64,000 nt of DNA from Heptranchias perlo (GCF_035084215.1 NC_090346.1:48546001-48610000), one strand, 5' to 3'; positions 37,466 through 51,025 are shown, counted from the first letter of the stretch. Notes: generated by a model from the sequence alone, not told the origin. Translations and numbers: made by a program.

Positions 37466-40400
37466 TTTCTTTACCTCTTTAAGGCCACAAGCTCTAATTC
37501 ATGCAACATCCCACTCAGCAGCTGCTGAGGAAATTTCTTTTTTTAAGAACAAAAATGTCAGTGTTTGATACACAAAGTATCTCCCACCTCCCTGATTGAA
37601 TAATCCACCAGCATACACTGGCCAGGCTCGCAACATGAAGAATGGTCACATGGACAAAGTTGGGTCGGGTACCGGAGAGTTATCAGCCCCAGTTGAACTG
37701 TACCCCATGAGCTACCTTTGGGAAAAATATTGGGAGGCACAGTAAAAGCAACTTGTTCTTCTGTAAAAAGGCAACAACAAAAAAAAAACATCTCTTGGGC
37801 TGACAGCCAAGGGCAAGCTGTTCAACTTCATAATACAACTGGTTACAAGCAACCGTTGTACATGAAACGGTTGCTATTGACTCTGCATGCTCCAGGGGAC
37901 CTCGAGGGTTAAAGGTTCTCCAATAAACGTACAATTAACTTGGTAGATAAACGCTTGCGTCAGAACTCGAGACAGTAAACAGGTTGTACGTGTGATCTCT
38001 CTTCTAATTACTCATGTGGCGACCGAATGAAATACCAACGAACAATCTTTTAACACTGTCAACGTGAGACACACCTTTGGATATATTGGTACGGACGAAA
38101 GTGCACCCATCCAAATAAATCAAGGAACATAAGCTTGGATCAGGATTATGGTTTTAAAATTGGTGTTAGCATTACCAGTTTCTAATGGCAGTGAATAGGG
38201 GGCAGCTGTGGTATTGCTGACTGCCCCATAACAGCAGGAATGGGTGGTGGTTTGGTATATCCAATTTCTATGGTCTAAAGAAGCATGCATCCATCTGGAG
38301 CCAACTCTCGTTGAACAGGAACATCTCATTATAGTCACTGCAGACGACTAGAGCCAACAACTTTCTGGGCATTTAACCTTTGTCTGAGTGAAACTATTTT
38401 CTATGGGTTACAATACATTAGGGAAAAGAATATTCTATTTAATTGTGGGGTTCAGAAAGGATGATGTACACCTTCACAACACAATCGCACCAGAGTCCAA
38501 TCGGGCACTGCTTCAAGACTTGGACAAGCAAACTCCCCAACTCAAGACATCCAAATCCCGGGTCATTGCTGCTGACCAACATTTCCTGAAGCAGCACCGT
38601 TAACACGTCTCTTTGCAGCTGGTCGAAGGGCAACGATGGTAGAAGTTGGACATGTCTCAGTCGCTCCTCTTAATTACCATTCGTTGTTTTAGAATGACAG
38701 GTTAGGGGCCGGCCAAGAGCAGCCATTTTATGTAGAAAAATTCCTCCCATGTTATCGTTCACTTCTGCTGATCAACGTCATGCACAAGGGCAGTGGAGTA
38801 AGGGGTAAATTTTCACCCACAGCTGCCTGATTCAGGCACGGGTGCTACCAGAGTCGTGGCTGACATCGAGGAACTGGATTGCTTCTGCAGCTGGAGCTCC
38901 AAACAGAGAATTATATATATTTTCTCCCTCCCCCACCTGACTCTGATGTCTTAAAGACAGTCTCTGATGCCCAGGAGCCATTTCCTCCGACTGACATGGG
39001 GACTGATCTAATGGGATATCATCTGCACCCTCCTGGTGTAAATTTTAAAATTCATTCTTGGGATGTGGGGGTTGCTGGCAAGGCCGGCCTTCATTGTCCA
39101 GAGAAGGTGGTGGCGGGCCGCCTTCTTGAACCACTGCAGTCCGTGTGGTTTTGCAGCAGTTAGTTACAACTGAATGGATTGCCAAACCAATTCACAGGTC
39201 AGTTACGAGTCAACAATACTCACTGCTCAGGCTGACAGTAAGAAAGAACAGCCATTGGGTGAGGTACTGGAAGAGACAGCACTCATGGAACTGAATCCCA
39301 GCACAACCCAGCACAGATACAGATTTGGCACTGCCAGTTTATGGAGCCCCCCCTCCCCCATGTCAATAAGGGGCCTGCCTGCCTTAGCCTGGAATTGGCT
39401 ATCAGACCAGCAGATCCTTCCCTGTCTAATGCTAGAAGCTTCTGAACAGAGGTTGGAGGCAGGAACCAGAGTTAAGTATTGCTCTCACTCAACTTCTGCT
39501 GAATTTTAAACACCCTCGAAACAGAATCTTTCACTTTTTCCTATTTTTTTTGGATACAAAGGGAAATCTGGACAGCAACAAAAGAAAACTGTCTTTTCTT
39601 CTGACAGTGTTATCGGTCCAACAGATTCAACATATACCAGTCCTGGACTCGCAGTACCCAACATCTAGAAACCAGAACTGAAAAGCTACACAACAGACAC
39701 ATCCTGCAACTTGCCACACTTATCACAGCTATAGTGCAAATAATGTCATTGGAGGTCAATATTCCCAAAATTAAAGAAAGTTACAGATCAGAGAGCAAAC
39801 CCAGAAAACAAATCTGAAAATTGCTGGTGAGGAAGACAAAAAATTCATGGCGAAAATACAACAGAAGGGAGAGGGATTCAAAGATGGGAAAGGAATGGGA
39901 GAGCATTTGAAAGCTGCTTTTATACAATTATTATTGGAGTAATACCTACTGACAGGAAGAAGTTTGCCAACATCACAAGAATTGAACTGATATCAATCCA
40001 GACAGCCCAAGTAACCCAGAGCTTCATAAGTTAACTTACAAGCTTCTAGACACCAACCTTGCTGCAGTATCGGCTGTTAATGCTCGTCTGTATCAATATG
40101 GCAGTAAGATTACTGAGCAGAGCTCTCTCCAACCCTATCCCGTCAGATACAGTTTCTTTAAAAGGGACAGCATTCTTAGTAAGGGGAGGGAGAGAGAGAA
40201 ATAAGAACAGCGTTGTTATTTTCCACCACAATGATAGCTTTCTAACAGAATGAGGCAATTCAAAATAAAACTACAATCACTGTAGCATCTGGCAAACAAA
40301 ACACATTAAAAAAGAAAAGTATCTGATCAAATTTAAAACAATGGCACTTTCACATGGTGAGAGGAAGAGAAGAAACATTATCTAACTACACTGCGTCAAT

Positions 40401-40589
40401 AAATACAATGCATTACTGATGAATTCTGCTGAACTCCGTTACTAGTACACCCAGTTTAGGTAATGGACATTCAGACATGCATAAAAATGCAGCTTTTGCA
40501 ACGCAGTGCAATGTGCAACCAGCTCAGTAAGGTGGTGGAACCGTTGACAAAGGGCTCAGTACAACAGGTAAGATCCACCTGAGTTGATG

Positions 40590-41290
40590 CGCGTCGGGTG
40601 CACGTTAAAACGGGTGCAATTACCCAGCAGAGCGACATTGCTCGCTCGCCGGCCCAAACCCCCGCGCATTTCACCCGACAGAGCGGCTCTCGCACAGGCT
40701 GATCAATGGACACCTTCTTAAAAAGAAAACTATTTTTTTGTTTGGTTTTGCAACGATAAGTACAAGTTGGGGTGTCGCTCATTTGATTTGCAACACGATG
40801 GATCGAAGAAAGCCGCCCCGGGACTCGGCGCGGCCACAGTCGGTCCCCGGGAGCTGTCAATCACCCGGCCCCGGGACTCGGTGCCCGGGAGCTGTCAATC
40901 ACCCGGCCCCGGGACTCGGTGCCCGGGAGCTGTCAATCACCCGGCCCCGGGACTCGGTGCCCGGGAGCTGTCAATCACCCGGCCCCGGGACTCGGTGCCC
41001 GGGAGCTGTCAATCACCCGGCCCCGGGACTCGGTGCCCGGGAGCTGTCAATCACCCGGCCCCGGGACTCGGTGCCCGGGAGCTGTCAATCACCCGGCCCC
41101 AGCGCCGCACGCACCCACCTGGCTGCTCCTTGCAACAGGACTCTGTCCGGAGGCGGAAATCACCGTCCACTTCTTATTTCCGCCAATTTAGCCCCGCCCA
41201 TTCACACACAGTCCCAGAGCCCGTCTACAGGGGGAGCTCTGCAATAACCCCCCTCCCCCCACTACACAGCACTGCGGCTAAAAGTGACTG
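40590..41290 (-). promoter_or_regulatory. CpG-rich probable promoter and non-coding first exon of the Kelch gene
   Basis: CpG-rich; GC box and ETS-like CGGAA motifs at 41150-41200; CAG|GTGGGT donor on the - strand near 41115; the first coding exon has an upstream acceptor that needs a 5' exon. Confidence 0.55.
40846..41100. repeat. 38-bp GC-rich minisatellite x6.7
   Basis: CCCGGGAGCTGTCAATCACCCGGCCCCGGGACTCGGTG perfect tandem units. Confidence 0.97.
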
Positions 41291-42221
41291 AATAGGAACA
41301 ATCTGCAGTGAAATGCAAGGTTAATAGAATAGAATTACAACACAGGCACAGATCCTTCAGCCCAACCAGTCCGTGTTGGTGTTTATCCTCCTCACGAGCA
41401 GTAATCCTAATCCCAGCATTTTGGGAGGTAGTGAAAGGCGCTATATAAATGCAAGTCTTTCTTTCATGTACCCGCCCTGTTCCCATATACTTTCATCCCC
41501 CTTTCCTTCAACCACCTATCTAACCTGTTCTTAAATGTTGACACAGCCTCTGCTTCAATCACTAACTCCGGTAATGCATTCCACAACCCTCTGTGTAAAG
41601 AAGTTTCTCCTACTTTCTGTCCTAAATCTCTTACAACATCATCAATTTGCATTAACATAGCACCTTTAATGTATTAAAATGTCCCAAGGCACTTCACAGG
41701 AGCAAAATCAAACATAATTTCACATTTAGCCTTATATCTATGTCCTCACATTCTAGACCCATCAGGAGAAATAATTTCCATTACTTTGCCTCATCCCTTC
41801 ATAATTTTAAATACTTCCATCAAACCAACCCACAATCTCCTCTATTCTAATGAAAACAGCTCCAATTTTCCAAGTCTTTCTTCCTATCTGTATTCCCTCC
41901 TCCCAGGCAGTAACCCCGTGAATCTGCACTGTACCCTCTCTATTGCCTCAACATTATTAACAGTTACTGCTGATATTTTCCAAACTGCCAGTGATAAAGA
42001 TAGTTATGTGCGACACGGCATCAATACAATGAAATTGGACAAATGGAGTATTTAAAACAGAAAATGTCAGAAATGCTAAGGAGGCCAATCAGCAAGTTGA
42101 AGGGAAAGAAATTAAGTCATTATATAATACTGTATATTAATGTAAAAAGTCATATTTTCAAATGAAAACTTACAAATTGAATGTTTAAAAAATAATTTTT
42201 ACGTTTATATGTAAACATACC

Positions 42222-44430
42222 ATAGAATCACAGGAAGTTTTGGCACAGAAGGAGGCCATTCAGCCCATTGTGTACATGCTGGCCGAAAAAGATCTATCCA
42301 GCTTAATCCCACTTTCCAGCACTAGGTCCTTAGCCCTTCAAGTGCACATCCAAGTACTTTTCAAATGAGTTGAGGGTTTCTGCCTCTCCCACCCTCTCAG
42401 GCAGTGAGTTTCAAACCCCCACCATCGTCTGGGTGAAAATATTTCTCCTCAGCTCCCCTCTAATCCTTCTACCAATTACTTTAAATCTATGCCCCCTGGT
42501 CACTGACCACTCTGCTAAGGGAAATAGTTCCTCCCTATCCACTCTATCTAGTCCTGTCATAATTTTATATACCTCAATTAAATCTCTCCTCAGCCTCCTT
42601 TGTTCCAAAGAAAATAACCCCAACCTATCCAATCTTTTCTCACAGCTAAAATTCTCCAGTCTTGGCAACATCCTCGTAAATCTCCTCTGTACCCTCTCTA
42701 GTGCAATCATATCTTTCCTGTAATGTGGTGACTAGAACTGTACGCAGTACTCTAGCTGTGGCCTAACCAATGTTTTATGTAGTTCTAGCATAACCTCCCT
42801 GCTCTTATATTCTATGCCTCGGCTAATAAAGGAAAATATCCCGTATGCCTTTTTAACCATCTTATCTACCTGTCCTGCTACCTTCAGGGATCTGTGGACA
42901 TGCACTCCAAGGTCCCTTTGTTCCTCTACACCTCTCAGTATCCTCCCATTTATTGTGTACTCCCTTGCCTTGTTTTCCCTCCCCAAATGTATTACCTCAC
43001 ACTTCTCGGGATTGAATTCCATTTGCCACTTTTCTGCCCACCTGACCAGTCCATTGATATCTTCCTGCAGTCTACAGCTTTCCTCCTCACTATCAACCAC
43101 ACGGCCAATTTTTGTATCATCTGAAAACTTCTTGATCAAGCCCCCCACATTCAAGTCCAAATCATTAATATATACCACAAAAAGCAAGGGACCTAGTACT
43201 GAGCCTTGCGGGACCCCACTGGAAACAGCCTTCCAGTCGCAAAAACACCAGTCAACCATTACCCTTTGCTTCCTGCCACTGAACCAATTTTGGAACCAAC
43301 TAGCCACTTTCCCTTGGATCCCATGGGCTTTTACTTTTTTGACCAGTCTGCCATGTGGGACCTTGTCAAAAGCCTTGCTAAAATCCATGTACACTTCATT
43401 GAACGCGTTACCCTCATCAACCCTCCTTGTTACCAGCTCAAAAAATTCAATCAAGTTAGTCACAACCATCCCTTAACAATGATGTGGAGATGCCAGTGAT
43501 GGACTGGGGTGGACAAATGTAAGGAATCTTACAACACCAGGTTATAGTCCAACAATTTTATTTTAAAATCACAAGCTTTCGGAGATTATCCCCTTCGTCA
43601 GGTGAATTTCACTCATTTACCTGACGAAGGGGATAATCTCCGAAAGCTTGTGATTTTAAAATAAAATTGTTGGACTATAACCTGGTGTTGTAAGATTCCT
43701 TACATTTTTCCCTTAACAAATCCACGCTGACTTGATTAACCCGTGCCTTTCCAAATGATGATTTATGCTGTCACTGAGAATCGATTCCAATAATTTGCCC
43801 ACCACCGAGGTTAGACTGACTGGCCTATAATTACTCGGTCTATCTCTTTCTCCCTTTTTAAACAATGGTACAACATTAGCAGTCCTCCAATCCTCTGGCA
43901 CCATGCCTGTAGCCAGGGAGGATTGGAAAATGATGGTCAGAGCCTCCACTATTTCCTCCATTGCTTCTCTTAGCAGCCTGGGATACATTTCATCCGGGCC
44001 TGGCAATTTATCTACTTTCAAAGATGCTAAACCCTTTAATGCTTCCTCTCTCACTATGTTTATCCCATCCAATATTTCACACTCCTCAACTACAATCTCT
44101 GCATTGTCCCCCTCTTTTGTGAAGACAGATACAAAGTATTCATTAAGAACCATACCCACATCTTCTGCCTTCACACAGAGGTTACCTTTTTGGTCTCTAA
44201 TAGGCCCTACTCTTTCCTTAATTATCCTCTTGCTCTTTATGTATTTATAAAACATTTTTGGGTTTTCCTTAATTTTACTTGCCAGTATTTTTTCATGCCA
44301 TCTCTTTGCTTTCCTAATTTCCTTTTTAATTTCACCCCTGCACTTTTTATACACCTCTAGGCTTTCTGCAGTATTGAGCTCTCGGTGTCTAACAAAGCTT
44401 CCCTTTTTTGCCTTATCTTACCCTGTATGC
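42222..44430 (-). mobile_element. 5'-truncated CR1 LINE (RT, disrupted)
   Basis: ORFs 43713-44354, 42732-43469 and 42411-42710 with YMDFSKAFDKVPH, GVPQGSVLGP and FSDD motifs. Confidence 0.93.
43480..43708. mobile_element. Penelope-like perfect hairpin insertion with hammerhead cores, 11-bp target duplication
   Basis: 89-bp perfect inverted arms 43515-43603 / 43619-43707; TCCCTTAACAA at 43469 and 43709. Confidence 0.8.
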
Positions 44431-45209
44431 TCCTTTACAATTTGCAGAATCATAGATTGCTTCAATTTCACCAGGTTAGTTATTTGTAATTTAATGAACA
44501 CATATTTACATAAAGATATCTACAAGTACTATATGTGGTGAGTGAAGTATAAAAAGATGAGTATCATGTACCAAATAATTACTACATGACTGTGGTTAAC
44601 ATTACTTTTAAATATATAACATTCTTAAATATAAATGTGCACCTCTATAAACATATGTTAATTATATACAATTAAGCTTATACTCCCTGTATAATGCTGA
44701 AAACTGAATCATTAAGCTAAGCCTTCATTTGTATTGAGGGACAGAAAAATGTGTTAAACAGTACTAAATTAACTCACATGCAGCCAGTAATTGTTTAAGT
44801 AAAAAAATCATTTTAAGTCGGTGTGAGCTTCGGGAACATTAATTAGTTTATCTTTTTCCAAGGCAAGCTTAAGTTTGGGGGTGCAGTTTACATGCAGTGG
44901 AACATGTAAAAAGTCACATTTTCAAGTGAAAACTTACAAATTGAATATTTTAAAAATAAATTTTACATTTATATGTAAACATATCCTTTACAATTTGCAG
45001 AAACACAGATTGCTTCAATGTATTTCATTTAATTTCATGTACATCAATATGGTGGTAATTTTCTGCCATGCAAGCCACAGTCTTTAATGACTGGTAAAAT
45101 GCCTATGCTAAAATGGTGTAGCAGTTATAACCAATTTGCATTAGGGTTAGGGCCAATACATTTATCGTGTGGCAAAGTCAGCATTAATCCCTGACATTAT
45201 GCTTTCAAA

Positions 45210-48200
45210 TTTTTTTATTATTCATTCATGGGATGTGGGCGTCGCTGGCGAGGCTGGCATTTATTGCCCATCCCTAATTGCCCTTGAGAAGGTGGTGGTG
45301 AGTCGCCTTCTTAAACCGCTGCAGTCCGTGTAGTGAAGGTTCTCCCACAGTGCTGTTAGGTAGGGAGTTCCAGGATTTTGACCCAGCGACGCTGAAGGAA
45401 CGGCGATATATTTCCAAGTCGGGATGGTGTGTGACTTGGGTTTGGGAGGTGCTGTCGAAGAAGCCTTGATGAGTTGCTGCAGTGCATCTTGTAGATGGTA
45501 CACACTGCAGCCTGTGTTGATGGTGGGGGACTCGGCAATGGTAATGTCAAGGGAGGGGTGGTTAGACTCTCGTTGGAGATGGTCATTGCCTGGCACTTGT
45601 CTGGCGTGAATGTTACTTGCCATTCAGTTATGAGCCCCAGCCTGGATGTTGTCCAGGTCTTGCTGCATGCGGGCACGGACTGCTTCATTATCTGAGGGGT
45701 TGCGAATGGTGTGCTGGTGGTGGAGGGAGTGAATGTTTAGACTCTCGTTGGAGATGGTCATTGCCTGGCACTTGTCTGGCGCGAATGTTACTTGCCATTC
45801 AGTTATGAGCCCCAGCCTGGATGTTGTCCAGGTCTTGCTGCATGCGGGCACGGACTGCTTCATTATCTGAGGGGTTGCGAATGGTGTGCTGGTGGTGGAG
45901 GGAGTGAATGTTTAAGGTGGTGGATGGGGTGCCAATCAAGCGGGCTGCTTTGTCCTGGATGGTGTCGAGCTTCTTGAGTGTTGTTGGAACTGCACTCATC
46001 CAGGCAAGTGGAGAGTATTCCATCACACTCCTGACTTGTGCTTTGTAGATGGTGGAAAGGCTTTGGGGAGTCAGGAGGTGAGTCATTTGCCGCAGAATAC
46101 CCAGCCTCTGACCTGCTCTTGTAGCCACAGTATTTATGTGGCTGGTCCAGTTTAGTTTCTGGTCAATGGTGACCCCCAGGATGTTGATGGTGGGGGATTC
46201 GGCGATGGTAATGTCAAGGGGGGGGGGTGGTTAGACTCTCGTTGGAGATGGTCATTGCCTGGCACTTGTCTGGCGCGAATGTTACTTGCCATTCAGTTAT
46301 GAGCCCCAGCCTGGATGTTGTCCAGGTCTTGCTGCATACGGGCACGGACTGCTTCATTATCTGAGGGGTTGCAAATGGAACTGAACTCTGTGCAATCATC
46401 AGCGAACATCCCCATTTCTGACCTTATGATGGAGGGAAGGTCATTGATGAAGCAGCTGAAGATGGTTGGGCCTAGGACACTGCCCTGAGGAACTCCTGCA
46501 GCAATGTCCTGAGGCTGAGATGATTGGCCTCCAACAACCACAACCATCTTCCTTTGTGCTAGGTATGACTCCAGCCACTGGAGAGTTTTCCCCCTGATTC
46601 CCATTGACTTCAGTTTTACTAGGGCTCCTTGATGCCACACTCAGTCAAATGCTGCCTTGATGTCAAGGGCAGTCATTCTCACCTCACTTCTGGAATTCAG
46701 CTCTTTTGTCCATGTTTGGACCAAGGCTGTAATGAGGTCTGGAGCCGAGTGGTCCTGGCGGAACCCAAACTGAGCATCGGTGAACAGGTTATTGGTGAGT
46801 AAGTGGCGCTTGATAGCACTGTCGACGACACCTTCCATCACGTAGAATGATGGGGCGGTAATTGGCCGGATTGGATTTGTCCTGCTTTTTGTGGACAGGA
46901 CAATATTCCGGGCTACAGAATCTTCAGGCGAGACAGAGGGGGAGGTATAAGAGGAGGGGGGGTCGCAATATTAATTAAAGAATCAATTACTGCCATAAGG
47001 AGGGATGATATATTAGCAGGTTCCTCTAATGAGGCCATATGGGTGGAGCTTAAAAACAAAAAGGGGGCAAGCACTTTGATGGGAGTGTACTATAGGCCCC
47101 CAAACAGTCAGGGGGAGATCGAGGAACAGATATGTAGGCAAATCTCAGAAAATTGTGCAAATAATAGGGTAATAATCGTGGGGGATTTCAACTTCCCCAA
47201 TATTAACTGGGATACTCAGAGTGTAAAAGGCTTAGAGGGTACAAAATTCTTAACGTGCATCCAGGAGAGCTTTTTGAGCCAGCATGTAGAAAGTCCTACA
47301 AGAGAGGGGGCGGTACTGGACCTAATTCTAGGGAATGTGGCCGGCCAAGTGGAAGAAGTGCTAGTAGGTGAGCACTTTGGTGACAGTGACCATAATTCGG
47401 TGAGATTTAAGGTGGTCATGGAAAAGGACAGGGAGGGGCCGGAAATAAAGGTTCTAAATTGGGGGAAGGCCGATTTTAATAGGATAAGGCAGGATCTGGC
47501 CAAAATGGACTGGGATCAGCTGCTTGTAGGAAAATCCGCATCGGAGCAATGGGAGTCTTTCAGAAGGGAGATTGAGACCATACAATGGCAACATGTTCCC
47601 GTAAAGGTCAAGGGTGGTTCCAAGAACTCCAGGGAACCTTGGATGTCAGGGGATATACGAGAATGGATTAGGAAAAAAAGGAGGGCTTTTGGCAGATACA
47701 AAAGGCTAAAGACGGAGGAAGCCCTAGAGGAGTACAAAAAGTGCAGGGGGATACTTAAAAAAGAAATTAGGAGATCAAGGAGGGGCCATGAAATAACACT
47801 GGCGAGCAAAATAAAGGAAAATCCTAAGATGTTTTATAAGTATATTAAGGGTAAGAGGATGACTAGGGAAAAAATAGGGCCCATTAGGGACAAAAATGGC
47901 AATCTGTGTGTGGAGCCGGCAGATGTAGGAGGGGTTCTAAATGAATTTTTTGCATCTGTTTTCACTCTGGAGAAGGACGATGTAGACATAGAAATACGGC
48001 AGGGGGACTGTGATATACTCGAACATATTAACATCGAGCGGGAGGAGGTATTGGCGGTTTTAGCAGGCCTAAAAATGGATAAATCCCCAGGCCTGGACGA
48101 AATGTATCCCAGGCTACTGTGTGAGGCAAAGGAGGAGATTGCGGGGGCTCTGACACATATATTCAGAACCTCTCTGGCCACAGGGGATGTGCCAGAGGAC

Positions 48201-50045
48201 TGGAGAACCGCTAATGTAGTACCATTATTCAAGAAGGGGAGTAGGGAAAAACCGGGGAACTACAGGCCAGTGAGCCTAACATCAGTGGTAGGAAAAATAT
48301 TGGAAAAAATTCTGAAGGACAAAATTAGTCTCCACTTGGAGAAGCAAGGATTAATCAGGGATAGTCAACATGGCTTTGTCAAGGGAAGATCATGTCTGAC
48401 TAATTTGATTGAATTTTTTGAGGGGGTGACTAGGCGTGTGGATGAGGGTAACGCAGTGGATGTGGTATACATGGATTTCAGTAAGGCCTTCGATAAAGTC
48501 CCCCACTGGAGACTGGTCAAGAAGGTACGAGCCCATGGAATCCAGGGTGCCTTGGCACTTTGGATACAAAACTGGCTTAGTGGCAGAAGGCAGAGGGTGA
48601 TGGTCGAAGGTTGTTTTTGTGACTGGAAGCCTGTGGCCAGTGGGGTACCACAGGGATCGGTGCTGGGTCCCTTGCTGTTTGTGGTCTACATTAATGACTT
48701 GGATATGAATGTAAAAGGTATGATCAGTAAGTTCGCTGATGATACAAAGATTGGTAGGGTGGTAAATAGTGAGGAGGATAGCCTCAGTCTGCAGGACGAT
48801 ATAGATGGGTTGGTCAGATGGGCGGAACAGTGGCAAATGGAATTTAACCCGGAAAAGTGCGAGGTGATGCACTTTGGAGGGACTAACAAGGCAAGGGAAT
48901 ACACAATGAATGGGAGGACCCTAGGCAAGACAGAGGGTCAGAGGGATCTTGGTGTGCAAGTTCACAGATCCCTGAAGGCGGCGGAACAGGTAGATAAGGT
49001 GGTAAAGAAGGCATATGGGATACTTGCCTTTATTAGCCGAGGCATAGAATATAAGAGCAAGGAGGTTATGATGGAGCTGTATAAAACACTGGTTAGGCCA
49101 CAGCTGGAGTACTGTGTGCAGTTCTGGTCGCCACACTACAGGAAGGATGTGATCGCTTTGGAGAGGGTGCAGAGGAGATTCACCAGGATGTTACCAGGGC
49201 TGGAGCGCTTCAGCTATGAAGAGAGACTGGGAAGATTGGGTTTGTTTTCCTTGGAGCAGAGGAGGCTGAGGGGGGACATGATTGAGGTGTACAAAATTAT
49301 GAGGGGCACAGATAGGATGGATACTAAGGAGCTTTTTCCATTCGTTGAGGGTTCTATAACAAGGGGACATAGATTCAAGGTAAAAGGCGGGAGGTTTAGA
49401 GGGGATTTGAGAAAGAACTTTTTCACCCAGAGGGTGGTTGGAGTCTGGAACTCACTGCCTGAAAGGGTTGTGGAGGCAGGAACCCTCACAACATTCAAGA
49501 AGCATTTGGATGAGCACTTGAAATGCCATAGCATACAAGGCTACGGACCAAATGCTGGAATATGGGATTAGAGTAGACAGGGCTGATGGCCGGCGCGGAC
49601 ACGATGGGCCGAAGGGCCTCTATCCGTGCTGTATGACTCTATGACTCTATGACATACCTGGGCAATTTTCCACTTTGTCGGGTAGATGCCAGTGTTGTAG
49701 CTGTACTGGAACAGCTTGGCTAGAGGTGCGGCTGGTTCTGGAGCACAAGTGTTCAGCACTACAGCTGGGATGTTGTCGGGGCCCATAGCCTTTGCTGTAT
49801 CCAGTGCACTCAGCCGTTTCTTGATATCACGTGGGGTGAATCGAATTGGCTGAAGACTGACTTCTGTGATGGTGGGGATCTCGAGAGGAGGCCGAGATGG
49901 ATCATCCACTCGGCACTTCTGGCTGAAGATGGTTGCAAACGCTTCAGCCTTGTCTTTTGCACTCTGCCATCATTGAGGATAGGGATGTTCACAGAGCCTC
50001 CTCCTCCTGTTAGTTGTTTAATTGTTCACCACCATTCACGACTGA
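45210..50045 (-). mobile_element. LINE family A copy, internally rearranged and split by a CR1 insertion
   Basis: RT sequence continues across 46902/49651 (..AQVC|PVHKKQDK..). Confidence 0.9.
46903..49650 (+). mobile_element. Young CR1 LINE, 5'-truncated within the endonuclease, otherwise uninterrupted ORF2
   Basis: Open frame from the junction to the stop at 49571 (YYRPP, GDFN, SDH, FADD); (TATGACTC)n tail; GACA on both sides. Confidence 0.96.
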
Positions 50046-50559
50046 GCAATGTTTGACCGGGGTGAAAATCTATTAAGATTTTCAGACTGTCATTACGTTT
50101 TAGCTTAAAGCCATTGATTTAAAGTCCCCAGTGATTATTAGCTTACAATGACTATAATTGTCACAACCTCTCTTACTTTGCTTTCCCCTTGTTTACCCTG
50201 CGTCACCTTTATCATGACTCATTTCCAGTCTTAATCCTTCTGCACATCTCTTGTTCTGTTTCATGTTTATCCTTTTGATAACCGTTGTGTCATCCCTTAC
50301 CAATAGTCCACTCCACCACCCAGTTTAGGTAGGACCTAACTTTGAAATATTCTGCCCTCTCGACTCCATCTTGTACACACAGCCATATGTCTATAAAGAA
50401 AAAACTTGGATTTATACAGCACCATTCATGGCCTCAGGATTTTTTTTTATTCGTTCACGGGATGTGGGCGTCGCTGGCGAGGCCGGCATTTATTGCCCAT
50501 CCTTAATTGCCCACGAGAAGGTGGTGGTGAGCCGCTTTCTTGAACCGCTGCAATCCGTG

Positions 50560-51025
50560 TAGGATGTCCCAAAGCGCTTTACAGCCAATGAAGTACTTTC
50601 TGAAGTGTAGTCACTGTTGTAATGTAGGGAAACGCTGCAGCCAATTTGCGCACAGCAAGATCCCACAAACAGCAGTGAGATAAATGACCAGATAATCTGT
50701 TTTGGTGATGTTGGTTGAGGGATAAATGTTTGCCAGGAACTCGCCTGCTATGTGCCAGCTCTTTGAAAGAGCTATCCAATTAGTCCCACTCCCCTGCTCT
50801 TTCTTGAATCTAGACTTAATGTTGTCCAGGAGACCAGGGAGAATTCTGCTGCTCTTCTTCAAAATAGTGCAGTGGGATCTTTCACATCCACCTGGTTTAA
50901 GGTCTCATCCAAAAGACTGCACCTCCCACAGTGCAGCACTCCCTCAGTACTGTGCAGTCAGCCTGGGTTTTGTGCTCAAATCTCTGGAACCCATGACCTT
51001 GTGACTCAGAGGTGAGAGTGCCACT
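50560..51025 (-). mobile_element. Deu-domain SINE with a CR1 fragment inside
   Basis: Similar to 2295-2760. Confidence 0.7.

Noticed and set aside
40738-41291. Long Pro/Gly-rich ORFs
   Set aside because: Translation artefacts of the 38-bp minisatellite
42814-43476. Long antisense ORFs over CR1 copies (also 47216-49534)
   Set aside because: Shadow frames of LINE ORF2 with no independent coding signal
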